A DNA stretch of 64,000 bases from Spirochaetia bacterium. Its GTDB lineage: Bacteria; Spirochaetota; Spirochaetia; WTKD01; G963693115. The DNA lies in contig CBDDCA010000005.1 of assembly GCA_965226055.1 (NCBI GenBank), positions 96,001 through 160,000 on the forward strand, read 5' to 3'. Every line of letters begins with the position of its first letter. Position 1 is the first letter of the stretch. Below are positions 56,547 through 64,000 of this stretch, piece by piece. Below the pieces are notes generated by a model. It saw nothing but the letters and a program-made list of their open reading frames with translations. It had not been told where the DNA came from and did not search any database. The translations under genes were made by a program, and so were the position numbers.

Positions 56547-58484
56547 ATGGAAAGCAAAGAAAAACACAAACAACCATTTGTAACACTGGATAAAGTAATC
56601 ATTCAAGGCTTTCGTTCTATAGAATATATGGAGCTTGCTATTCCTAAAGGCGAACCAGTAATACTCACAGGCAAAAATGAATGCGGTAAATCCAATATTC
56701 TAAAAGCAATAGAGCTTTTGAATACTCAAGATTTTACTATTGATGATAAAAAACAAGGATATGAAAAACAAGATAATTGTGTAAAGTTTGAATGTACTGT
56801 TAATTGGGAGAATATAGTTCTTGAAAATGCTATACGTGAAGCTATACACTTTACTGATAAAGACAATAACAGTATTTCAAAAAAAGACATAGATACTTTT
56901 ATATCATATATAATTATGACAATAACAGACATGATAGAACAAACTACAGTAATTATAAAACCTAAAAAAACATTACAGATTACACCTAAAGTCTTAAAAC
57001 TTAATATATATAAACTCACAAAAACAGAAGCACAGCTTAATAACTATTCGTATTCATACGAAACAGATAACAATGATACTATTACTGACATAATTCTCAA
57101 CAAAGAAAAAAATGGAAAAAAAACAATACCTTTCAGCAAACTAACACAAAAAATAGCAGTACAGATACTCAAAGAAAAATTACCCAAAATCATATTATGG
57201 AACTATGATAATATTGATAATTCCTATTCCATAGATATAGAACAGTTTACAACAAATCCTGATCGTTACAATCATTACACTCTCCTCAAAAACTTATTTT
57301 TAATGGCTGGTATTCCACAAGAAACCTATAGAAACACAGATAATTGGTTATCTTCAGATAATAGAGTAGTAGCAAAAAACAAGACAGAATTAGAAAAAGT
57401 CAACAAAATATTAAATGAATATATTAAAAATAGCTGGAAAGAATACGCAGAAAAAGAACATAAAACACCTGAAAAAGAATATAAATTACCTGAATTTGAG
57501 CTATACCTCACACCATCAAAATATTTCACAATAATAATTAAAGATGAAAATAACTTTACATTTAATGCACGCAGTGATGGATTTAAAAAATTTATACATC
57601 TGCTATTAACAACTATCGCCCCCATTGAAAAAAAACATACCAACAGACAAACTGTACTTCTTATTGATGAGCCAGAAACCAGCTTACATCCCAGTGCAGC
57701 AAAAGATTTACACAATAAGTTAAAAGAGCTTGCCAAGAAAACTCCAGTTATATATGCCACTCATTCCATATCAATGGTAGACACTATCACTATTAGTAAC
57801 AATAAAATAGTGAAAAAAATAGGCGAAAATACAAAAATACCATTAGACGAAGAAGAAGCAAGAGATAAAATATATCCCCCAGATCTTGTATACGAAGCTA
57901 TGGGCTTTTCAATACTTGATATACTAAAACCACAAAATATCATCTTTGAAGGTCATTATGATAGAAAATTATTTGAGATAATTATGAAAGGAAATACAGA
58001 TTGGGACAGTATAGGAAAATGTGTTATGAATGGAGTAAGGAACATTGAATTCTATATGCCCTTCTTTGAATTAAGTTCAACAAGGTATATCATTATATCA
58101 GATGCAGATGATGTAGCATACGAAGAAAAAAGAAAATTTGAAAAAAACTATGGTGAAGGCATGTGGTATACCTATAAAGATTTAGGACTAGACCATATAA
58201 CAGGAGAAGACTTTCTCAAAAATACATACATACAAGAACGGCTACAGATAACAGATGAGATACCAAAGTATAACAAAATGGCAACAATACAAAAACAACT
58301 AGAAAATATAAAAAGCAAAATTCCAAATATAACAAAAAAAAACGATTGTAAAGATCAACTATGGGCTAAATTTACAAAAGATGTACATATAGAAGAAGTA
58401 AAAGAATACATACATATAGATGAAGTACAAAAAGTACTAAACAAAATCAAAGAAAAACTAAAAGCACAGATACTAACAGTATGA
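56547..58484 (+). CDS. OLD-family-like ABC ATPase with TOPRIM domain (putative anti-phage nuclease)
   Basis: IQGFRSI, Walker A GKNECGKS, signature-like RSDGFKKF, Walker B LLIDEPETSLHP, H-loop ATHS, TOPRIM FEGHYD and ISDAD. Confidence 0.82.
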   Translation: MESKEKHKQPFVTLDKVIIQGFRSIEYMELAIPKGEPVILTGKNECGKSNILKAIELLNTQDFTIDDKKQGYEKQDNCVKFECTVNWENIVLENAIREAIHFTDKDNNSISKKDIDTFISYIIMTITDMIEQTTVIIKPKKTLQITPKVLKLNIYKLTKTEAQLNNYSYSYETDNNDTITDIILNKEKNGKKTIPFSKLTQKIAVQILKEKLPKIILWNYDNIDNSYSIDIEQFTTNPDRYNHYTLLKNLFLMAGIPQETYRNTDNWLSSDNRVVAKNKTELEKVNKILNEYIKNSWKEYAEKEHKTPEKEYKLPEFELYLTPSKYFTIIIKDENNFTFNARSDGFKKFIHLLLTTIAPIEKKHTNRQTVLLIDEPETSLHPSAAKDLHNKLKELAKKTPVIYATHSISMVDTITISNNKIVKKIGENTKIPLDEEEARDKIYPPDLVYEAMGFSILDILKPQNIIFEGHYDRKLFEIIMKGNTDWDSIGKCVMNGVRNIEFYMPFFELSSTRYIIISDADDVAYEEKRKFEKNYGEGMWYTYKDLGLDHITGEDFLKNTYIQERLQITDEIPKYNKMATIQKQLENIKSKIPNITKKNDCKDQLWAKFTKDVHIEEVKEYIHIDEVQKVLNKIKEKLKAQILTV

Positions 58485-59110
58485 CTTCCTTATTTCCCCC
58501 TATTATTCTTGCCTCTAGTTCCCCTCGCAGAAAAGATATTCTCTCGCAAATGCGTATTCAGTATACATGCATATCCCCTGACATACACGAGCATAGTATA
58601 CACAAAGATCCCGTAGCTTTTTGTAGCGACATAGCAGCACAAAAAGCCTCTGCAGTACAACAGTACATACAAAACAACACCGTAAAGAACGCACAACAAC
58701 TACAAAAGTATCGCTACATACTCTCTGCCGATACCATAGTGTATTGCAACACATCACTCTTACAGAAACCAGCAACAGTACAAGAAGCAAAAGAAATGCT
58801 CAGCATGCTTTCAGACACACAGCATACTGTATACAGCGCCCTATGTCTTCTTGACATGCACAATCACTCACGGGCAGTACACTGTGCCTCTGCAAAAGTA
58901 CAGTTTGCCCCCATCACTCCCCAAGAGCGAGACACATATCTTGCAAGCAACGAATGGCAAGGGGTAGCGGGAGGCTATCGTATACAAGGACTAGGAGCAT
59001 GCTTTATCACCTCCATTGAAGGAGAATATTCTACCGTACAGGGCTTGCCTATTCGATTACTTTATGATATACTTATATCTGTAGTTGCTAAGGATAATAC
59101 TATACTGTAG
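58481..59110 (+). CDS. maf: Maf-family nucleoside triphosphate pyrophosphatase
   Basis: ILASSSPRRKDIL, SADTIV, QKP, AGGYRIQG, VQGLP. Confidence 0.93.
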   Translation: MTSLFPPIILASSSPRRKDILSQMRIQYTCISPDIHEHSIHKDPVAFCSDIAAQKASAVQQYIQNNTVKNAQQLQKYRYILSADTIVYCNTSLLQKPATVQEAKEMLSMLSDTQHTVYSALCLLDMHNHSRAVHCASAKVQFAPITPQERDTYLASNEWQGVAGGYRIQGLGACFITSIEGEYSTVQGLPIRLLYDILISVVAKDNTIL

Positions 59111-59245
59111 AATGTATACCATAAAATTTACACGTAGCATTATCCCAACTACATATTTTCCGGTATATTATACAAAAGTATCGCTACTAAAGTATAATGA
59201 CTGAGTACAAAGAGAAGGAATACTATTTAATAGAATGGAGGAACT
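59085..59245 (+). promoter_or_regulatory. rpsB promoter and ~125-nt leader (possible S2 autoregulatory element)
   Basis: TTGCTA (59085-59090), 17 bp, TAGAAT (59108-59113); long untranslated leader before GGAGG; the structured-leader role is inferred from position only. Confidence 0.45.
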
Positions 59246-60142
59246 ATGGCAATGGTTACAATGAAAGATCTTCTTGAAGCAGGAGTGCATTTTGGGCATC
59301 AAGTAAAAAAATGGAATCCTAAAATGAAACGATTCATATACTCTTCAAGAAACAGTATACATATAATAAATCTTCAAAAGACAATACTATGTATTAAAGA
59401 TGCCTTTGATGCAGTACGCAAAACAATACTTGAAGGAAAACATATCCTCTTTGTTGGAACAAAAAAACAAGCACAGGATATAGTAAAAGAATCAGCTGAA
59501 AAATGCGAAATGCACTACATTACCCATCACTGGATGGGAGGCTTGCTCACTAACTTCAATACCATAAAGCAAACTGTCTCGCGACTAAAGCGTCTCGAAA
59601 AGATGCAAGCCGATGGCACTCTTGATCAGCTTACAAAAAAAGAACGCTCTCTCTATCTTAAAGACATAGAAAGACTCAATAAGCGTTTTGGAGGCATTAA
59701 GAGCATGGATAAAATTCCTGGCATGCTTTTTATTATAGATGTTCGTCTTGATGCTATAGCAATAGCCGAAGCAAAACGTCTCAATATTCCTATTGTAGCC
59801 GTAGTTGACACTAATAGCGATCCCACAAATATAGACTATCCTATTCCGGGCAACGATGATGCCATCAAAGCAATAGCTCTCTATACAAACATCATTTCAC
59901 AAGCTGTCCTTGAAGCAGACAAAGAAGTTAGTCTAGAATTTAACGCTGAAGAAGACTTTAAGGAACAGCTAGATAATCAAGATATATCAGGAATAGCAGA
60001 AGATCAATATACTGCTTACGAAGTAGAAGATTATTCAAACTATAAAGCAAACGAAGACAAAGAAATTACAGAAGAGCAATCTCAAGAAGAAGAAATTGCT
60101 CGTAAATCTGGAATAGAAGAAGATACTTTATATAAGTACTAA
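59246..60142 (+). CDS. rpsB: 30S ribosomal protein S2
   Basis: LLEAGVHFGHQ..KWNPKM, FVGTKKQA, W.GG.LTN, VDTN.DP, IPGNDDA; acidic C-terminal tail. Confidence 0.98.
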   Translation: MAMVTMKDLLEAGVHFGHQVKKWNPKMKRFIYSSRNSIHIINLQKTILCIKDAFDAVRKTILEGKHILFVGTKKQAQDIVKESAEKCEMHYITHHWMGGLLTNFNTIKQTVSRLKRLEKMQADGTLDQLTKKERSLYLKDIERLNKRFGGIKSMDKIPGMLFIIDVRLDAIAIAEAKRLNIPIVAVVDTNSDPTNIDYPIPGNDDAIKAIALYTNIISQAVLEADKEVSLEFNAEEDFKEQLDNQDISGIAEDQYTAYEVEDYSNYKANEDKEITEEQSQEEEIARKSGIEEDTLYKY

Positions 60143-60168
60143 ACACATATATTAAAGAGGTATAACAC

Positions 60169-61008
60169 ATGTCAGTGTCAATGGAAGATATAAAAAAACT
60201 CCGTGCAAAAACAGGTGCAGGATTTGCAATCTGTAAAGAAGCATTGGAAAAACATAACAACAATTTTGATGAAGCTGTTACGCATCTACAAAAAATAGGA
60301 ATGGCAGAAGTAGCAAAACGTCGTGGTCGCTCAACAAGTGAAGGAAGCATTTTTACTAAAATTGAAGGCAACATTGCGGTCATACTAGAGCTTAGCTGTG
60401 AAACAGATTTCGTTGCACGCAATAAAGATTTTGTCGCATTAGGCAACGATTTAGCTACTACTATTCTTGAAAAAAAGCCTAGCAGTATTACAGATGAACT
60501 CAGATCAAAAGTAGAACGCACCATAGCCACTATCAAAGAAAACATGGAACTCCGCCGTTTCCAAATAATTGAAAAAAAAGAGTCAGAGATATTTGCACAT
60601 TATACGCACGGTGCTCCAGCAAAACTCGGTACTATTGTAATACTCTCAGTAGAAAATGGTGATGCTAACACTGAACTGATCAAAAAGTTTGCTCATAATA
60701 CCGCATTGCATGCAGTGGCAAAACTCCCCCTCTTTCTTACAAAAGACAGTGTGGATGAAACCTACAAAAATTCACAACTTGAAATTTTTAGGGAACAAGC
60801 TGCCCAAACAGGAAAATCAGGAGACATTGCAGAAAAAATTGTTATGGGAAAATGGAATAAGCTCTTAAACGAAGTATGTTTTATACAACAGCCGTGGGTG
60901 TTTGATGAAAAAAGCACAGTAGCAAAAGAGTTAGAAACAATACAAAAAGAATCTGGAGCAACAATCACCATTTCTCAATTTTTAATATACACACTAGGGT
61001 CAGATTAG
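60169..61008 (+). CDS. tsf: Elongation factor Ts
   Basis: IKKLRAKTGAG...CKEAL, ELSCETDFVARN, IKENM.LRR. Confidence 0.97.
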   Translation: MSVSMEDIKKLRAKTGAGFAICKEALEKHNNNFDEAVTHLQKIGMAEVAKRRGRSTSEGSIFTKIEGNIAVILELSCETDFVARNKDFVALGNDLATTILEKKPSSITDELRSKVERTIATIKENMELRRFQIIEKKESEIFAHYTHGAPAKLGTIVILSVENGDANTELIKKFAHNTALHAVAKLPLFLTKDSVDETYKNSQLEIFREQAAQTGKSGDIAEKIVMGKWNKLLNEVCFIQQPWVFDEKSTVAKELETIQKESGATITISQFLIYTLGSD

Positions 61009-61013
61009 GAGCA

Positions 61014-61577
61014 ATGATGACAACACATGATATTATATCCCAAGCAAAAGAGAAAATGCAAAAAAGCATTCATGCATTTCAAGAAAAACTGGCAACACTG
61101 CGTACAGGAAGAGCCTCAATACACCAGTTTGAAAACATTCAAGTAGAATGCTATGGTACAGCAAGCCCATTAAAACAGCTCGCTAATATTAACTCTCCTG
61201 AACCAAGACTCATTACTATACAAGCGTGGGATACTTCTATCTTAGGAGATATTGAAAAAGCCATACAAAAAACAATGGTCTCTATCAACCCTCAAAACGA
61301 TGGAAAAATACTGCGTATACATATACCCCCTCTCACAGATGAAACAAGACAGCAAAACATTAAGCTATCAAAAAGCTATGAAGAAGAAGCGAAAGTTGCT
61401 ATTCGAAACATCCGAAGAGAAGCAAATGACAAATTAAAAAAGCTAGAACAAAGCAGTGAAATAAGTAAAGACGAACTTGCTACCCACGAGCAAGAAATAC
61501 AAAAACTCACTGATGAAGATATTAAGCAACTTGATACAATACAAGCAAAAAAAGCAAAAGAAATAATTGATGATTAA
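61014..61577 (+). CDS. frr: Ribosome recycling factor
   Basis: LRTGRAS, YG..SPL.Q.A, IEKAI, NPQNDG, PPLT.ETR, AKVAIRNIRR. Confidence 0.97.
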   Translation: MMTTHDIISQAKEKMQKSIHAFQEKLATLRTGRASIHQFENIQVECYGTASPLKQLANINSPEPRLITIQAWDTSILGDIEKAIQKTMVSINPQNDGKILRIHIPPLTDETRQQNIKLSKSYEEEAKVAIRNIRREANDKLKKLEQSSEISKDELATHEQEIQKLTDEDIKQLDTIQAKKAKEIIDD

Positions 61578-62371
61578 TGACACTAAAGTCTTCCTCTCCA
61601 CTTTCTACCATACACCATAACAGCTCTCAAACAGACATTCCTCTTTCAAAAAAAAATGAAAAAAAGACCTTTCATACATTACCTCAGCATGTTGCCATTA
61701 TCATGGATGGCAACGGAAGATGGGCAAAACAAAAAAAACTAAAGCGCGAAAAAGGACATGAAAATGGCGTAAATCCAGTAAAAGCAAGTATTTTAGAATG
61801 CATACAGCTAGGCATCCCCTATCTTTCTGTGTATGTTTTTTCTACAGAAAATTGGAAACGCCCTAGACATGAAGTATCCTTTATCATGCAAATGCTCAGC
61901 AAGCGGCTCAGAAATAACTACGATTTCTATCGACAAAATAACATACGTATAGTACACTCAGGAAACCGTGAAGCATTAAACAAAAGCACCTTAAAAGAAA
62001 TTGATAAAGTGGTAAACGAAACCAAGCATAACACTGCAGTCACTCTCAACATGGCATGCAACTATGGAGGAAAAGACGAAATTATCAGAGGCATTAAGAA
62101 TTTTTTTTCACAAGGAAACACGTTGTCTCAGCTTAACGAACACGAATTTACTAAATATCTTGACACTCCTGAGCTACCTGATATTGATTTATTGATTCGT
62201 ACTGGAGGACATGCACGATTAAGCAATTTTTTCTTATGGAAAGTTGCATATGCAGAATTATATTTTACCAATGTACTGTGGCCTGATTGGTCAAAAGAAA
62301 ATTTTCTTGACGCTATACAATTTTATCAATCAGTAAAAAGAAAGTTTGGTGCATTAAAGGAAAATTTTTAG
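61577..62371 (+). CDS. uppS: Undecaprenyl diphosphate synthase
   Basis: PQHVAIIMDGNGRWA, FSTENWKRP, NYGGKDEI, DLLIRTGG..RLSNF, LWPD. Confidence 0.96.
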   Translation: MTLKSSSPLSTIHHNSSQTDIPLSKKNEKKTFHTLPQHVAIIMDGNGRWAKQKKLKREKGHENGVNPVKASILECIQLGIPYLSVYVFSTENWKRPRHEVSFIMQMLSKRLRNNYDFYRQNNIRIVHSGNREALNKSTLKEIDKVVNETKHNTAVTLNMACNYGGKDEIIRGIKNFFSQGNTLSQLNEHEFTKYLDTPELPDIDLLIRTGGHARLSNFFLWKVAYAELYFTNVLWPDWSKENFLDAIQFYQSVKRKFGALKENF

Positions 62372-62374
62372 TGT

Positions 62375-63265
62375 ATGCCAATATTATCTAACAAAGTACA
62401 AAGAACCATTATCACTCTCTTTGGTATCAGCATTACTTTCATACTGTTTGCTATCCCCTATTTTGATTACATAACAGTAAAAATAGCCTATTTTATTGTA
62501 CTAACACTCAGTATAGTAGAACTACATTCAATACTGCCAAAATCACTGCAGTTTCATTCCCCTATTACTGCTATACTTATAGGAAGTTTCAGCTCCATAC
62601 TCACTTTTCTCAGTCACTACTATGTATTCTTTCTGTATATATCAAATGTGTTACTCAACACAAGGACACTTTTTTTCATTATCATGATGCTGATATGCTT
62701 AAATTTCATGGCAGTACAGAAAAAGCAAGATCATATTTTTAAGACAATATTCAAATGCACATTTTTTCTCATCTATCCAGGAACTATGTTTTCGTTTATT
62801 CTTTCTATACTCACTATCAAACCGTATCCTCTTCTTCATCTGTATATAGTGGTCTTTACAGTATACATAGCAGATGGATTTTCTTATTTAACAGGAATTA
62901 TATTACGCCCTAAACATTCAATGCTTCCGCACTCCATCCATGCTATCAGCCCAAAAAAAACATTGATTGGCTACATAGGTGGCACAGTATTTGCTCTATA
63001 CTTTATGTTTTTAACAAGGCATACAGAACCTTCACTATTTCCATTTTCATTACCACTCTTTGTATTATTTGCTATGATGGTCATTTTTAGCACATTTATT
63101 GGTGATTTATTTGAATCTACACTAAAAAGAAAATTAAACATAAAAGACAGTGGCACATTGATGCTAGGACGTGGCGGAGTACTTGATTCTTTTGATTCAC
63201 TCTATTTTGCTGCTCCAACCTACTATCTACTGTACACATTGTTTGCTACATTATTTTCACAATAA
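62375..63265 (+). CDS. cdsA: Phosphatidate cytidylyltransferase
   Basis: ISPKKT, GDLFES.LKR...IKDSG.LM.GRGGVLDSFDS; multiple TMs. Confidence 0.93.
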   Translation: MPILSNKVQRTIITLFGISITFILFAIPYFDYITVKIAYFIVLTLSIVELHSILPKSLQFHSPITAILIGSFSSILTFLSHYYVFFLYISNVLLNTRTLFFIIMMLICLNFMAVQKKQDHIFKTIFKCTFFLIYPGTMFSFILSILTIKPYPLLHLYIVVFTVYIADGFSYLTGIILRPKHSMLPHSIHAISPKKTLIGYIGGTVFALYFMFLTRHTEPSLFPFSLPLFVLFAMMVIFSTFIGDLFESTLKRKLNIKDSGTLMLGRGGVLDSFDSLYFAAPTYYLLYTLFATLFSQ

Positions 63266-63293
63266 CAATATACTAAACACTAGGAGAACTATT

Positions 63294-64000
63294 ATGCTAC
63301 TTATTGGATTACTATGCATTGGAGTTATCATCACAGTCCATGAATTTGGACATTATTTTTTCGCAAAATTATTTTCAGTAAGCGTCCATGAATTTGCTAT
63401 TGGCATAGGACCAAAACTCTATTCTCGTCAAGGAAAGCATACATTGTTTACATTACGAGCATTTCCTCTGGGAGGCTTCTGTAAACTTGAGAGTTTTGAT
63501 ACGCAAGCACTCGAACAACTCAGTCCTGCACAGAAAAAACAACCTATACGTTTTATACAAGGCTCTCTTTACGCAGTATCATATGGAAAAAGAGTTCTTA
63601 TTCTACTCGGTGGCATTATCGCAAACATAGTATTTTTCTACTTATTATTTTTTCTTTTATTCATATTTCAATATAAACAAAATGCTTTTCGTCCAGATAT
63701 AGAACCAATAGAAAACTCCCCTGCCATTGAAGCAGGCTTACAAACAGGAGACACTATCACTGCAATAAATACAATGACAGTACAGAGCTTTGAAGAAATA
63801 CGCAGTACTCTTGAGAAGTTTGCAGGAGAATCTGTTACCATATACTATACACGCAACAACGCTTCCTTTTCCACTATTGCTACTCTTAATGCACAGCCTC
63901 CCGTGTTAGGCATACGCCCCTTTGTAGCCCCAGTCATATATACCTTTGATGCATCATCTAAAGCCTCTCTCACCCGCATAAAAGAAGGAGATACCATACA
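63294..64000 (+). CDS. rseP: RseP / site-2 (M50) metalloprotease, partial (runs off the window)
   Basis: ATG at 63294 after AGGAG: MLLIGLLCIGVIITVHEFGHYFFAK (HExxH), FAIGIGPKL, FPLGGFC, PDZ-like SPAIEAGLQTGD; absent from the ORF track because there is no stop in the window. Confidence 0.92.
   Translation, partial: MLLIGLLCIGVIITVHEFGHYFFAKLFSVSVHEFAIGIGPKLYSRQGKHTLFTLRAFPLGGFCKLESFDTQALEQLSPAQKKQPIRFIQGSLYAVSYGKRVLILLGGIIANIVFFYLLFFLLFIFQYKQNAFRPDIEPIENSPAIEAGLQTGDTITAINTMTVQSFEEIRSTLEKFAGESVTIYYTRNNASFSTIATLNAQPPVLGIRPFVAPVIYTFDASSKASLTRIKEGDTI

Noticed and set aside
56547-58484. Gabija system
   Set aside because: No GajB/UvrD-like helicase gene adjacent; the downstream gene is maf

Overview
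AT-rich bacterial chromosomal segment, most likely from a spirochaete. This is inferred from Borrelia/Treponema-like gene orders (ompA-infA-bat/moxR; maf-rpsB-tsf-frr-uppS-cdsA-rseP) and spirochaete-style lipoprotein signal peptides. Housekeeping and metabolic content: cyaB, gpmA, sufSU, sod, alr, a DD-carboxypeptidase, a MoxR/vWA (Bat) operon, a tripartite tricarboxylate transporter with an amidohydrolase, leuCD-ilvD, gnd-zwf-pgl, tRNA-Leu(GAG), a galM-iolDCBJ cluster and the rpsB-rseP operon. The most striking feature is a pair of giant (~2,560-2,570 aa) repeat-built surface lipoproteins with DUF285/BspA-like domains. Each carries a G13/G14 homopolymer followed directly by TAA inside its signal-peptide coding sequence, which looks like a slipped-strand ON/OFF switch. 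One also has a T14 tract next to a consensus -35 box, and both show mosaic or duplicated internal modules. A small defence-like islet (orphan hsdS flanked by degenerate direct repeats, a wHTH-TM orphan, a standalone OLD-type ATPase/TOPRIM protein) sits before maf. Several genes, including infA, look leaderless. No CRISPR array, rRNA, integrase, transposase or reverse transcriptase was seen. All calls come from reading motifs by eye; no database searches were run.
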